This document shows, one piece after another, positions 24,950-39,269 of a stretch of 64,000 bases of DNA. How positions within the stretch are numbered: position 1 is the first letter of the stretch; the number at the start of each line of letters is the position of its first letter. Origin of the DNA: Hemiscyllium ocellatum (lineage: Eukaryota); NCBI RefSeq assembly GCF_020745735.1, contig NC_083449.1, positions 9,956,923 to 10,020,922 on the forward strand. Reading direction: 5' to 3'. The translations under genes and the position numbers were made by a program. The notes under the pieces are model-generated. The model saw nothing but the letters and a program-made list of their open reading frames with translations. It did no database searches and was not told the origin of the DNA.

Positions 24950-25570
24950 AAATAGAGAATGGTCATGTTCCAAGATTCCGTAGACATTGCAATATTTTCC
25001 ACAGATTGTGAGCTAGCTAATGTGACCAATCTATTTGAAAAGCAAGTTAGAGTTAATCTGGGAATTATAGGCCACTCAGCCTGCAGGAAAAAAAATGTGG
25101 GAAAAAAAGATTGGGACCAAACAAAGTCAGCATGGATTCGAAATGCCTGTTCCTGTGTCATAATTTTCTATGTTCTCAGCTTGGCAATTCTGCTGGAGTA
25201 GAGATGATACGCAGATGGCATCATTTGGATGTTTCTTTTGAAAAAATCTCACATAAAACAAAATAAAGAACATGGTGTTGAGATAGATTTTAAAAAACTG
25301 GTTGGCTGAAAGAAAACATGTAGAGGGAATAAATGGATCATTTTTTCGATGGCAGGCAATGACTAGGGGTCGTGGCAAGAATCATGATTAGAATCCTACT
25401 CTACAATATAGTCACAATGGTTTAGAAGAGGAAACTAAATGTAATATTTCCAGATTGACAGATGACATAAAACTAGGTCGGATGGTGAGCTGTGAAAGAA
25501 AATGCATTATGACTGTGTTGAGGAGAAGTCAATGAGCAAAAGCAATGTAATGTGGATAAATATAAGGTTT
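24950..25570 (+). mobile_element. Old CR1 LINE fragment
   Basis: Decayed ANVT..NYRP, SQHGF and DD-like motifs. Confidence 0.65.
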
Positions 25571-25884
25571 TAGTAAGGACAGTCAGAGTTGATAAAAATG
25601 AAACTGGAAAAGCACAACATCAGAGGAGCAGCAAAGTCAATGCTTTATTTGCAAGTACAAATAAATCATAAACATAGACATAGACAACTGGGGTAAAAAG
25701 CATCTCTTGAACATTATACAAATAGTAAGGGCATTCTTGAAAGGGAGATTAGGAAATCAAAGAGGGGGATACCAGATAGTCTTGGCAGATAAGGTTAAGC
25801 ATAATTCAATGAGATTCTACAAGATCATTCAAAGCAAGTTAACAATGAGGGATCAAAGATCAAAGAGGTAGTAGTTGTTGTTGT

Positions 25885-26700
25885 TGTCAGAGCCTCCCCC
25901 CCCCCCCCGAAAGGGAATGCAAACTCAACAGACAGGCAGAAGGCAGGCAAGTGGAGGTTTATTCATGCAAGACCCAGTTAAAGCAGGGACAAAGGATCCT
26001 CTCCAGAGACCAGCCCTGAAAGGGAGATCATGGCACACTCTGAGTTTATAGCATAAAGCAGTATTTTATAAATTTGCTGCTAACGATCGCATACAACCCG
26101 ATCACTTTGATCCTCCCTCATACTTCGTAAATCCAATCCTATAAGACACCGAATCAATGACAGGCGTTCCTTTAACAGGCCTCAACTTCCCATGACCTCT
26201 GGCATTGAACAGACACTATAATCACTCATCCTTGCCATCTTTCTATGTATCCTCCTCATTCACATTCCAAAGTTAATTGCTTCAGACCTCTTAGGCTGGC
26301 TTTATCTGTGAGTCAGTTTGAATTCTGTTATTCATTGTATCTCATGTGCTTTCTTTATGAAATTCTGTTTTTCCTCTCATATTTCCCATTGTCCTAATTA
26401 TGTGTTAAAATACCAAAGACATTTAGTTTTAACTAGTTGCTATAAGATTTGAAAGAATGCTTTCTGTTCTGGTTAGTTAGTCTTAGTTCTGTTTTAAAGA
26501 CTTCCAGCAAAGATACATGGAACCAAAACATTTATGGCTGTGTGTGAAAGTTAGTAAGTTTTCAGAAGTACCCTCATTTGTCCTGGTCAAAATAGATTAT
26601 TCACAGCCATTAATATCAATGTACTAAGGGTAGACATTTGTCAGCCATTTTGTGGGAGCAAAATGGGCCATTTTGTTACCAGCAGATCCAATTCACCTCT
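25885..26700 (-). mobile_element. LTR-like element, related to 13128-14130
   Basis: Shared GGCAAGTGG..TTTATTCA..ATGGCACACT..TCACATTCCA blocks; inserted within CR1. Confidence 0.55.
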
Positions 26701-26829
26701 GCAGTTCAGTTTGAATTTCAGAAGATGTGAGAGGCAGAAAATGAAATTTCACATCAGTTTTTACTGGGAAGCAGGCAAACACAGTAAAATGAATATTGAT
26801 GAAAAGAGTTCACATTACAGAAGAAGAAA

Positions 26830-28028
26830 TGCTGGAGGTCTTTGAAAACAAAGTTGGATAATCTCAGATACCTGATCTAGTGTATCCCAGGACGTTTTGG
26901 GAAGTTAAGGAGGATATTGTGGTGCCCATTGCAGAAATATTTGTATCATCTGTAACTATGGTGTGGTGCTGGATGATTGGATATTGGGTAATATTTTGCC
27001 ATTATTTTAAGATGGGATGTAAGGAGAAGCCTGGGAAGTATAGACCTGTGAGTCTGACCTGATGGGTGCATTGTTGGAGGTGATTCTGAAAGATAGGATT
27101 CAAATGTACAGTTTGGGGAGGAGTGGGAGGAGAGGGCAAGGAATAATTATGAATTGTCAGGATTGCTTTGTAGAAGGAAATATTTCCCAAAGTTGATTGA
27201 GATTGTTGAGGGAGTATCCAAGAAGATTGAGGGCACATTGGTAAACATTATTGACTTGAAGTGTGGTAAAGCCTTTTACAAGTTCCTGCATGGTAGCATA
27301 AATTGCAAGGTTAGATTACATCAGATTCAGATGGAGCGTGCCAATTGAACATAAAATTGGCATAACAGCAGGAGATGGAGAGGAGATGGACAGTTGCTTA
27401 TTAGACTGGATGCAAGTTACCAATGATGTTCCACCCCAATCGGTGCTGGGTCCACTTTTGTTTGTTTTTTCTGTAAATGATTTAGTTGAAAATACAGGAG
27501 GCATGGTTAGTAATTTTGCGGATGTCATCAAAATTGGTGGTATAGTGGACAGTGAAGGCTATCTCAGATTAGAAACAAATCTGGATTAAATCAGTCAATG
27601 GCGTGAGGTATGGCAGATGGAGTTACGGAGACATTGCATATTTACAAAACAAAGAAGGGTAGGCCTTATACAATTACAACTAGGGCCTTGGGTAGTGCTG
27701 TTGAACATAGAGACCTAGTTGGCCAGCTGCATATTTTTGAAGTTTGCTTCACATGCAGACAATGTGGTGAGGAAAACATCTAGCATGCTTGCCTTCATTG
27801 CTCAGACCTTTGAGTACAGGAGCTGAAAGGTCGTGTTGAGGTTGCATAGGATGTTGAGCAGTCCTCTTCTGGATTACCGTATCAAGTTCTGGTCACCCTG
27901 TTATCAAAAGTATACTATTGAGCTGGAAAGGGTTCGGGAAAGATTTACTAGGATGTTGATGGGAATGGAAGATTCCATTATAATAGGTTGGGACTTCTGT
28001 TCTCTGGAGCCTAAGATGTTGATGGGTG
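26830..28028 (+). mobile_element. CR1 LINE ORF2 remnant
   Basis: YPRT..EIF, YRPVSLT, VPPQSVLGPLLF, FAD, FWSPCY motifs with stops. Confidence 0.85.
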
Positions 28029-28035
28029 ATAGAAC

Positions 28036-28116
28036 AAGGGCTCATGCCCGAAACGTCGATTCTCCTGCTCCTTGGATGCTGCATGACCTGCTGCGCTTTT
28101 CCAGCAACACTTTCAG
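28036..28116 (+). mobile_element. Short Penelope-derived 3' end, paralogous insertion to 2735-2816
   Basis: Same sequence, same truncation point and same flanking CTCATAGAACA. Confidence 0.85.
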
Positions 28117-28365
28117 CTCATAGAACATTGATCAAACATAAAGATCACTCAGGCCGTGACGGTGCAATGAGAAATAATGTAGTTCCAGACACTTACAATC
28201 CTACTCTATGATATAATCTTCCTCTGCTCCCACAGAACAGTAACAGCATCCAATAAGGAAATAGAAATTTAGTGATGTCAGGTACAACGGCCAGAGCTCT
28301 ACACATTAAAAGAAAAGTAATTCAACCCGAAAGAGATTACAGCTCCTTTCACAGATGCTGTGAGT

Positions 28366-28381
28366 GGCTCTTAAAAGAGCC
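28366..28381 (-). terminator. Histone 3' stem-loop of H2A copy 2
   Basis: CCAAA-GGCTCT-TTTA-AGAGCC-ACTCA. Confidence 0.93.
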
Positions 28382-28411
28382 TTTGGGTTGTCAGATTCCA
28401 GAATGATCTCT

Positions 28412-28861
<450 letters not shown>

Positions 28862-29784
28862 TTATACCTTCGGGAGGAATGGTGGGGCGGCCGCTTCTGA
28901 TTGGTCCCATTGTTCAGCCCCGCCTAATGTTGTTTCAATTCCCAATCAGATATCTGCCTCATTCCCCAATCCGGAGAGGGCACAGGGAGGAGGGCGGAAA
29001 GTACCGGCGCCAAATCATCAACCGCTTTTTTACAATTTGAAAAGCCCGCCAATATGTACCGAAAAGTAGAGAGTTTAAACATTGAAGAATGCACGAATAC
29101 TCGATCTAATTTACTTCTATGTTAAAAGTGTACCCTTTCCCTCGCCTCCTGGAATCTGCCCATTTTTGATCCTGAATGGAATCTTCTGAACATTAAACAA
29201 AAAAGGCGCCAAACCCTACACTCTGCAACTAATCATTTATTTCACATTTCAACAGCACCCCGATATACTGATAAAACATGATTACGTTCTCCCTAGTTAG
29301 TGCATTAACAGTGAACACGATCGTTAGAGACTATTTTAAAGTTACTCTCCCTTTTGCACACGACCACAGATCGAAAAAAAACCTCCACATTTACTCTGCC
29401 ACTTCTGCAGCTGTTCTAGTTTTATTTCGGTGAATTTTGCATCTGAACAATACCCGTGCGGAGATTTAGAAGTGAAAAGTAAACAAAGTAAAATCGCACT
29501 CAGAGGGAAACTATTTACTTTGCTTGCCGGCTGGTACTGGGGGCACTTTGTTTTCCGGGGGTGAAACTCAAGGTTCGTGCCCCATCGGGGCTTGTAACTC
29601 CTGAACTGATCGAATAACAAAGAGTAACACGGACACGTACAAGCAGCTGAAAAATGACTCAGTGGCGTTTAACATGATCTCTCTCACCAGGCTGGGACTA
29701 CTGGATATACATGAGAATACATACAACAGAGAATAAGGCGCGGACCGGGTCAATTGTCACTCATTGCTTTACATAACATTTATA

Positions 29785-32700
29785 ACATACAAACATAGAA
29801 CATTATAGCGTAGTACAGGCCCTTCGGCCCTCGATGTTGCGCCGCCCTGTCATACTAATCTGAAGCCCATCCCACCTACACTATTCCATGTACGTCTACG
29901 TGCCTGTCCAATGACGACTTAAATGCACTTAAACTTGGCGGATCTACTACCGTTGCAGGCAAAGCAATTCATACCCTCACTACTCTGAATAAAGAAATTA
30001 CCTCTGACATCTGTCTTACACCTATCTCCATCTCACTTTCAAGTTGTGACCCTCCTGTTTGCCATTCCCATACTTGGAAAAAGGCTCTCCCAGTCCACCC
30101 TATCTAACCCTCTGATTATCTTTTATGTCTCTATTAAGTTTCAAACTTCTTCTCTCTAACGAGAACAGCCTCAAGGCCTCAGCCCTTCATCGTAAGACAT
30201 TCTTTTCATACCAGGCAACATCGTAGTAAATCTCCTCTGCACCCTTTCCAAAGCTTCCACATCCTTCTTTATAATGCGGTGACCAGAACTGTACACAATA
30301 CTCCAAGTGTGGCCGTACCAGAGCTTTGTACAGTGCAGCATAACCTCTTGGTTCCAGAACTCAATCCCTCTATTAATAGAGGCCAAAACACCATATGCCT
30401 TCTGAACAACCCTGTCAATCTGGGTGGCAACTTTCAGGGATCTGTGTACATGGACACAGATCTCTCTGCTCATCTGCACTCCCAAGAATCTTACTATTAG
30501 CCCAGTACTTTGCATTCCAATTACTCTGTCCAAAGTGTATCACCTCACACTTGTCCACATTAAACTCCATTTGCCACCTCTCAGCCCAGCTCTGCATCCT
30601 ATCTATGTCTCTCTGCAACCTACTACATCCTTCGTCACTATCCACAACTCCACCCACATTAGTGTCATCCACAAATTTACTAACCCACCTTCTAAGCCCT
30701 CATCCAGGTCATTTATAAAAATGACCAACAGCAGTGGACCCAACACCAACCCTTGTGGTACGCCGCTAGTAACTGGACACCAAGATGAACATGTTCCATC
30801 AACTACAACCCTCTTTTCAGCAAGCCAATTACTGATCCAAACTGCTATGTCTCTCACAATCCCATTCCTCCACATTTTGTATAATAGCGTGCTGTGGGGA
30901 ACCTTATTGAATACCTTGCTAAAATCCATATACACCACATCAACCAGTTTACTCTCATCTACCTGTTTAATCACTTCGTCAAAAAAGTCAATAAGATTTG
31001 TTAAGCATGACCTATCCTTCACAAAACCGTGCTGACTGTCCCTGATCAGATTATTCTTTTGTCGATGGTTATAAATCCTATCTCTTATAACCTTTTCCAA
31101 TAACTGAAGTGAGACTCACTGGTCTGTAATTATCAGGGTTGTCTTTACTACCCTTTTTGAACAAGTGAACCACATTTGCTATCCTCTAGTCCTCAGGCAC
31201 TATTCCTGTAGACAATAATGGTTTGAAGATCAATGCCAAAGGCTCGGCAGTCTCTTTCCTTGCTTCCCAGAGGATGCTAGGATAGATCCCATCGATCCAG
31301 GGGACTTGTCTATTTTCACACTCTGCAGTATTTCTAATACCTCTTCTTTGTGAACCTCAATCTCTTCTAGTCTAGATGAAAATATCTCTGTATCTTCCTC
31401 GACAACATTTTCATTTTCTATAGTGAACACGGTCGAAAAATATTTGTTTAGTGCTTCCCCTATCTCCTCTGACTCCACACACAACTTCCCACTATTATCC
31501 TTGATTGGCCCTAATTTAACTCTCATCATTCTTTTATTCCTGACATACCTATGGAAAGCCTTAGGGTTAACCCTGATCCTATCTGCCAACAACTTCTCAT
31601 GTCTCCACCTGGCTCGTCTGAGCTCTCTTTTTAGGTCTTTCCTGACTTCCTTGTAACCCTCAAACGCCCTAATTGAGTTTTCACATTTTGTCCTAACATA
31701 AGCCTTCTTCTTGACCAGGGATTCCACTTCCCTAGTAAACCATGGCTCACACGTTCCCTGTCTATACAGGTACATACTTATCTAGGACACACACACAAGA
31801 GCTTTTCCTTGAATAAGCTCCACATTTTTAATATGCTCATCCCCTGCAGTTTCTTTCCCCATTCTACACTTCCTAAATCTTTCCTAATTGCATCATAATT
31901 TCCCTTCCCACGGCTGTAACTCCTGCTCGGTGGAGTACACCTATCCCTTTCCATCACTAAAGTAAACATAAGAGAATTGTGATCGCTGTCGCCAAAGTGC
32001 TTACCTACTTCCAAATATAACACCTGGCCAGGCTCGTTACCCAGTACTAAATCTAAAGGGGCTTTGCCCCTTGCAGGCCTGTCTACATACTGTGTCAGGA
32101 AGCCCTCCTTCACGCATTGGACAAAAACTGATCCATTTATAGTACTCGTACTGCAGTGATCCCAATTAATATTTGGATAGTTGAAGTCCCCCCATGACAA
32201 CTACCCTGCCCCTCTCACTCCTATCGAGAATCATCTTTGCTATCCTTTCCTCTACATCTCTGGGTCTATTCGGAAACCTATAGAAAACTCCCAGCATGGT
32301 GACTTCTCCTTTCCTGTTTCTAACATCAGCCCATACTGCCTCAGTTAACGGGTCCCCAAACATTTTTTCTACAACTGTAATATTGTCCCTGATCACAATG
32401 CCACACCTCCCCCTCTTTTACCATCTTCTCTGTTCTTACTGAAATACCTGAATCCCAGAACCTGCAACAGCCATTCCTGTCCCTGCTCTATCCATGTCTC
32501 TGTAATGGCCACAACATCGAAGTCCCAGGTACCAACCTATGCTGCCAGTTCACCCACTTTATTTCGGATGCTCCTTGCGTTGAAGTACACACACTTCAAA
32601 CCAGGTTCTCGCTTGCCAGTGTCAGATACTTGATTTGGGAACTCCCTACTCTCATCCTCTACTGTACCTGTCCTACAATTTTGGTTCCCATTCCCCTGCT

Positions 32701-33345
32701 GTTTTAGTTTAAATCCACCTTAATAGCTTTAGCAAATTTCCCACCCAAGGTATTGGTACCCCTCTGGTTTAGATGAACACCATCCTGCTCGTAGAGGTCC
32801 CACGTACCCCAAAAGACCTCCAATTATCCAAAAACCCAAAACCCTCTCTTGCACCATCCCTGTAGCCACGTGTTCAACTCCTTTCTCTCCCTATTCCTCA
32901 CCTCACTAGCATATGGCACGGGCAGCAAACCAGAGAAAACATCTGTCCTAGCTCTAAGCTTCCATCCTTGCTCCCTGAATTTCTGCCTCAAGTCCCCATC
33001 TCTCTTCTGACCTATGTCGTTGGTGCCAATGTGGACCACGACATGGGGCTGCTCTCCCTCTCCTTCCCCCCCGAGGATCCCCAAAACACGATCAGAAACA
33101 CCACGGACCCTGGCACCCGGGAGGCAACACACCAACCGTGAGTCTCTCTCGTCTCCATAGAAGGTCCTATCTGTCCCTCTAACTATCGAGTCCCCAATGA
33201 CTACTGCTCGGCTCCTCTTCTCCCTTCCCTTCTGAGCAGCAGGTGCCCACTGCCTTCCCCTGGAAAGCCATGCCCCCCAACAGTATCCAAAACGGTATAC
33301 TTGTTGAGGGGAATGGCCACAGGGGATCCCTACACTGCCTGCAGT
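29785..33345 (-). mobile_element. Long CR1 LINE (ORF1 SGNH-esterase + ORF2 EN/RT), inactivated
   Basis: ORF1 VVIGDSIVR..VHIGTNDI; ORF2 GDFN, SDHN, SQHGF..SCLTNL, GVPQG; 3' TTCTATG tail; many frameshifts; separates H2B from H2A in module 2. Confidence 0.93.
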
Positions 33346-33454
33346 GTCTATTTCTTTTATCTGGGCAATGTCTATCTCTCTAAGTCCTCGCAGAGACATT
33401 AATGGTACATATCCAGAAACATAATTGTCTCGCTGTTTCAGGGAAGTTGTAGGT

Positions 33455-33470
33455 GGCTCTTAAAAGAGCC
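33455..33470 (-). terminator. Histone 3' stem-loop of H2B pseudogene
   Basis: CCAAA-GGCTCT-TTTA-AGAGCC-ACCTA. Confidence 0.9.
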
Positions 33471-33507
33471 TTTGGGTTGTGGATGTGTTTCAGTACAATG
33501 CGGTCCT

Positions 33508-33842
<335 letters not shown>

Positions 33843-34619
33843 AGTGCCGCTCACTCTCAGACACAGAATAAGGGAAAGTGGGTTCGAAGCTTGCTCTTTA
33901 TAGACAGAGATATCATCAATGCTAATAAGGGATGGGAAAAGTCTGGTTCCTGATTGGCTACTTTGTAGGCATGGTAACATCACTCTGATTGGTTAGTTTG
34001 GGACTCAATGTGGATCTGTCAGGATCTGCAATAACATCGGAAACACAAACCGAAAGTTTGTGAAGGGATCAAATTCCGAGCTCACTCTAAGTGTGAGATT
34101 CGAATTGTAACGTATTCTGCATCTTTTGATAATGGTTTTTTTTTTCTCTTCCATTTTAAAATGGCATCATATTTGTTGTCAAGTGAGAAAATGTTCTGCA
34201 ATGCGTCAGGGAGTGTATTTTACTCCTGGAAATGATGGAACTACTCGACAAATGCATCGTGATGGAGGGAAATGGGGGTTAAGGAATATTCTCTTTTGTT
34301 TGTGTTCTTGTTCTACACTCTCTGAAGATGAAAGACATTCTACCATCATCTATTCTGCAAACTCTGATCAAGGTCAGCGAATTCAGCACAGATCAGTAAT
34401 TCTATTTGTGCCTTTTACTTCACCACCACTTTCAGCAGTGCTTTTTACTGACCAGACCATTCTAGGAACACCTACTATTTTGTTGGTGTATTTTTCTTTG
34501 GCTGGAAGAGGAAATGAATTTTTGCCTATAAATTCTGCTTTACTACAATAGTACTTTTATTCACAGTGCAACAATAGCACACAACTCTGAGGTGACAGGT
34601 GAGCATAGTGCAGCATGGA

Positions 34620-34811
34620 AATCTGCCGCTGAGTTAATGGTGTACACGCTTCCATGATCAGGTGCAGTCTGCAGTGCTACGCTGTCTCTGTAAAACGAGT
34701 AGTGAAGCTGGATGGAGGGCCATGCCGCCAGGACAGTGCACGTCAGCGTGAACTGGAGCCCCTCGAATACTTCAGCTGGTTCCACCCTCAGCACGGGCTT
34801 GGCAAATCATT
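34620..34811 (-). pseudogene. Fc receptor-like (FCGR/FCRL-type) Ig-domain exon fragment
   Basis: Acceptor TTCCATTCTAG|, phase 1, (E)*FAKPVLRVEPAEVFEGLQFTLTCTV..LHYSFYRD..VYTINSA. The PVL..EG..LTC..YSFYRD pattern is typical of FcR C2 domains. In-frame TGA, and no second Cys/DSG motif. Confidence 0.75.
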
Positions 34812-35004
34812 CTAGAATGGAACATGCAATCGGGACTTATCAAGCAACTGTTATCATCACAGAAAAGAAGGCACTATGGTGACATGTAATGAAGAATGTG
34901 AGCATTCACTGACAAAAGTACATGGGAAAGGGCAAAACTTTATCTTTTTCTTACTTCCCAAATGTCAAACTCCGTTTTGATGCCACTAGTGCCATGGAAT
35001 GGTG

Positions 35005-35180
35005 GAGACCGGTGGCACAGTGGTTAGCACTGCTGCCTCATAGCGCCAGAGATCGGGGTTCAATTCCCATTTCAGGCGACTGGCTGCATGGAGTTTGCAC
35101 ATTCTCCCCGTGTCTGCGTGGGTTTCCTCCGGGTGCTTATGGGCAGGTTAGGTGAACTGGCCATGCTAAATCGCCTGTCG
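35005..35180 (+). mobile_element. HE1 SINE, partial
   Basis: GGTGGCACAGTGGTTAGCACTGCTGCC head and V-domain. Confidence 0.85.
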
Positions 35181-35519
35181 TGTTAGAATCGATATTATTT
35201 GCTGCATTTCAGTTTCTAGCAGAATTTTGTTTTCATTCTGGACTTTGCTATGTGGATTTTCTCTTAACTTTATTTGGTCACAAGTCATTTGTACTCACTC
35301 TGAACTGGTCACTGTTATTTAAGGATTATTTTGAACATGATTCTTGTGCGAATTTTAATTGTGACAACCTTGTGTTATTTGTTTTATCACTGTGATTCCC
35401 TGCTTACACTGTGAGATAGTGTTGTTCAGAATTTCAGGTTGGTTAAGGGTGAGTTTACCTCTCATTATTGGCTGTGTAAAACGGGAGTGCGGTTTTGATT
35501 TGCCCATGTGAGCTTTCGG

Positions 35520-36560
35520 GAGGTGAATGATTATTACTCTCTCACAATCTGTCCCTGTCAGTTTCTGCCATCTGAATGTGTGAGTGCAGTCATCAGTCTG
35601 TACCTGTCCGTTCTTCCACAGTGATTACGTTAGTATAATTATCACAACCCCAGAATGTCTCTGGTGTGAGAATGTGGAAGGGTATTTACTAATGCAGTGC
35701 CGATCAGTCTTTGCTATGAGACTGTTTGACTGGCTTTATCAATCTGTACCCGTTTCTTTCTGCTCAATGAATTTGTCTGTGTAATTTTCAGTCTCCCAAT
35801 GTCAGTCTCTGCTATGTGAATGTGGGCGTGCTTTTATCAGTATTACCTTATCCATTTCTCTGTTGGGAATATGTCAATGTGGTTATCAACATGTGCCTGT
35901 CAGCTTCTGTTTTGTGAGTGTCTCAGTTGAGTTAAACTTTTCCACACAGGTTGTGATGTGTGAATATGGCAGTCTAGTCATCAATCTGTATCTGTCTGTT
36001 CTTCCACAGTCATTATGTTTGTGTAATTATCAGCCTATCCTTAAGGTCTCTGCTGTGAGAATGTGTAATTGTAGTTATCAATCTGTCCCTGTCAGTGTTT
36101 GCTCTGTGAATGTGAGAGTGTATTTACTCATTGGTCCCTGACAGTTTCTGCTATGTAAATGGGGGTTTTGCTATCCATGTCTTTATGTTCATTTCTGTTA
36201 TGTGAATGTTTGGCTAGCATTATCAATCTGTACCTGTCAGTTTCTGCTCAGTGAATATGTCTGTGTAATGAATAGTCTATCCCAATCAATCTCTGCTACA
36301 AGTCTGTGTGAATGCTTTTATCAGTCTCACCTTGTCAGTTTCTGTGTTGTAAACATGGTCATCAACCTTTACCTGACATTTTCTGGTTTGTGAATATGAG
36401 AGTTTGGTTATCAATCTGTACCTGTCAACTTCTGCTTTATGAATATCTAAATTTGGCTTAATCTGTTCATGAATGTTTCTCTGGTGTGCATATGGCAGTG
36501 TAGTTACCTATCTGTACCAGTCTGTTTCTGTTATGTGAATATGAGGGCAGTTATCAGTTA
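35520..36560. repeat. 47-49 bp minisatellite array
   Basis: Same repeat core; continues at 37570-38200 after the LTR element; (TG)n at ~38174-38201. Confidence 0.85.
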
Positions 36561-37540
36561 GAGTGATTGTGTAGCTTTAAAAGGTGCATTTTGTCCTGTC
36601 CACAGAAGTTAACATACAACGCAATAAAGAAGAAACGTGAATAACTTAACTCTACTGGAATACTTAACAGAATAATGGATACAGTATCACTTCCTAATTA
36701 ACTGTTCCAATACAGTAATATCCCATAAACATCCTTGGCAAAAGACAAATTCAATAAAATATATAGTCTCACATTCAACTCCAGTAGCAGAAAGAGAATC
36801 TGCAGCTTCTGACTGTAACTGAGAGGAAGAAAACTAGCTTTCTTGTCATCAAGACACCGACAATTTTGCTGAAAGCCAAAACTAAAAATGTCATTCTGTG
36901 AGAGCTTGACCACACCCAGTCAGGCTGCTTCTGTTGTTCCAACTTTAAAAGGAGCCTCAAACTGTTTACTCTAGTGCAGACTTCTTGACACTTCTGCCAT
37001 AAAACCTCTCTTCAACAAGAAAGAAAAAACAAAATAAATATCTTCAAGCCACAATATCATCCAACCTTCCACCCCTCTTAAAAAGAACCAATCAATATAC
37101 AGAGATGGTCTAATTTTTTAAAAAATTCCTTAGCCTTACACGATTAGTAAACAATACATACACATTTCGTTGACTCTAAGCATGCAAACACGCACTACCA
37201 CAGTCCACTTTTTCCTGCTATGTAACACTTCCATCTTTTTTCATCAAAGTTGCAACAACACTTTGGCAACTAGGTCCTCTCGTCCTGCCATGTACGTAAT
37301 TTGCAAATTGAATGGCTGCGATAGTAAGCTTCATCTAAACAGTCTGTAATTTTTGTTCTTAAATTTCTCCAAAAACAATAAACTCAAGGTCTCCTTCTCA
37401 AACACAAAGTACTTCTGTTGATGGGTCTTCAGCTTTCTGTAAAGATGCCCAATAGGCATGAAACTGTTTGCCCTCGTGGCTCGGTGTCTCGGCCTTAAAT
37501 TTGCTCTTCAAGAACAAAAAGACAAAAACCTGTTAAAGTC
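36560..37540 (-). mobile_element. Gypsy LTR retrotransposon 3' end (RNase H remnant, PPT, 3' LTR)
   Basis: Minus strand KLKTHQQKY..EKETL..QPFNLQI; polypurine tract TTTTAAGAGGGGTGGAAG ~37067-37085; LTR similar to 58050-58330. Confidence 0.7.
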
Positions 37541-38170
37541 ACAGTCTCAATCTCTCATTTCCTGCATTGTAGATATGCAAATTCATTTATCGACCTGTAC
37601 CTGTCTATTCTTGTCACATGAACATGTAAATGTTGTCATTAATGTGTCCCTGTCAGTTATTGCAATTCAGGCATGTGACTGTGGTTATAAATCTACCCTC
37701 TCGGTTTCTGCTGTGTAAATGTGAGTTTAGTTATCAAACTGTACATGTCAGTTTCTGTATTATGAATATGGGAGTGCACTTATTAATCTTTCTAGGACAG
37801 TTACTATTGTGTAAAAGTGTGAGTGCACTTACCAATCTGTCTGTGTCAGTTTCCGACATCTGAATGTAATTTTTGCTATCCTAATGTACCTGCCAGTTCT
37901 TCTTTTATCTCTGAGAATGAGAGTGTCACCCTCAGTCTCTACCTGACAGCAGTTGAGTTTGGTTATTGATCTATAAGGCCACTTTCTGACAGGTAAACAT
38001 TTGAGCACAGTTATTCATCTGTGTGATACTTTCTGATATCTGAATATGAAAGTGTAGTTGTCAACCCATTCCTGTTAGTATGTGCAATGAAAATAAGAGA
38101 GTGTGTGTCACTTTCTGTCATGCGAACATCTGAGTGTTATGAATCTATCCATGACAGTGCCTGCAAAAGA

Positions 38171-38204
<34 letters not shown>

Positions 38205-38637
38205 GTAACTGCCCTGTTATTACGTGTGCTGTCATCAATGCGTTTTTGCTTGTTTCTGCAAAGTGAACGAGTGAACAAAGGTATCAATGTATGCTTGTCA
38301 GTTACTATTTGGTAAAGGGATGTATCTCTCTGGCAGCCATTAATATTCTCTGTGAGGGTGTGATTCATTATTTGATACCTGTTATGAGGGTGATTGTGGG
38401 CAGATCTGTTTCAGTTCGTGAGTGCATATTTTGGCCAAGAATTCAGACATTCCAGTTTCAAAATTATGCAAATATCAATGAGCTGTGAATGGTGAATTTG
38501 TTCAAACTGGACACATGTGCATTGTGAACTATGAGAAAGAAACAAACTGTTATTTTCTCAATTGTTTGAACATCTCTCTCTCAAAAACTGAGCTCAATGT
38601 GTAGCTGACTCAATTCACTCTGACAGCAGTAACATAC

Positions 38638-38718
38638 CTGCTGTTTGTTAGAAACAGCTGGTCATACTTGGCTCTGTACCGAAGGAATATTACATTGTTT
38701 GATCCTTCAAGTATTTGC
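38638..38718 (-). other. Exon-like cassette, copy A2 (81 nt)
   Basis: TCTTCCTCCAG|GC...CAG|GTATGT; 1-nt deletion relative to the 82-nt copies. Confidence 0.5.
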
Positions 38719-39269
38719 CTGGAGGAAGACAGAAGTGAAATCTCCTGTAAATCACCATCAGCCAAGTTTGACCATTTTTAACTGATCAATGCAACATTCT
38801 GTTAATAATCATGAGGATATTGTATTTAAAGCCAGGAATTCAAACAGAACAACATGTCTGATTCTCCTCTTTCTCCGTGTCTGGTGATGTTTCTTTCTGT
38901 TAATTCAATGCGAATTGACTGAGGTCCAGAAACTACCAATAACCAACCGTACAGCTCCATGAATGGGACGATCCAATGCAAGGGGTCTGTGAATATGAGT
39001 TTAGTTATTGAACTATTCATGTCAATTCCTACTTTGTGAATAACAACCACACTCTCACATTCTGTCTTCTAAGCCTTGCTTAAATTACTTATGTATTCAA
39101 ATAGCACTGACTCACAGCGACAGATTGATGTAGAACTATAGATTCATTGAAATGACATTGCACATAAGCGGACCATTTGGCCTATCTTGTCCATTCCAAC
39201 CCAAAGACACCAAATGGCCATTTAATCCCATCTTCCTGCTAATAGCCCATAACCCGGCAGTTGAGAGCA

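Noticed and set aside
29530-29595. Possible tRNA or structured RNA (GGTTCG.., GGGGCAC/GTGCCCC pairing)
   Set aside because: No cloverleaf or A box; a single short inverted repeat in spacer DNA.
34126-34551. 141-aa ORF upstream of the H2B pseudogene
   Set aside because: Non-ATG start, no domain, no counterpart in the other modules.
35863-36393. Cys-rich ORFs resembling zinc fingers in the satellite arrays
   Set aside because: The 47/49-bp period is not a multiple of 3, there is no C2H2 spacing or TGEKP linker, and Cys arises from TG-rich DNA.
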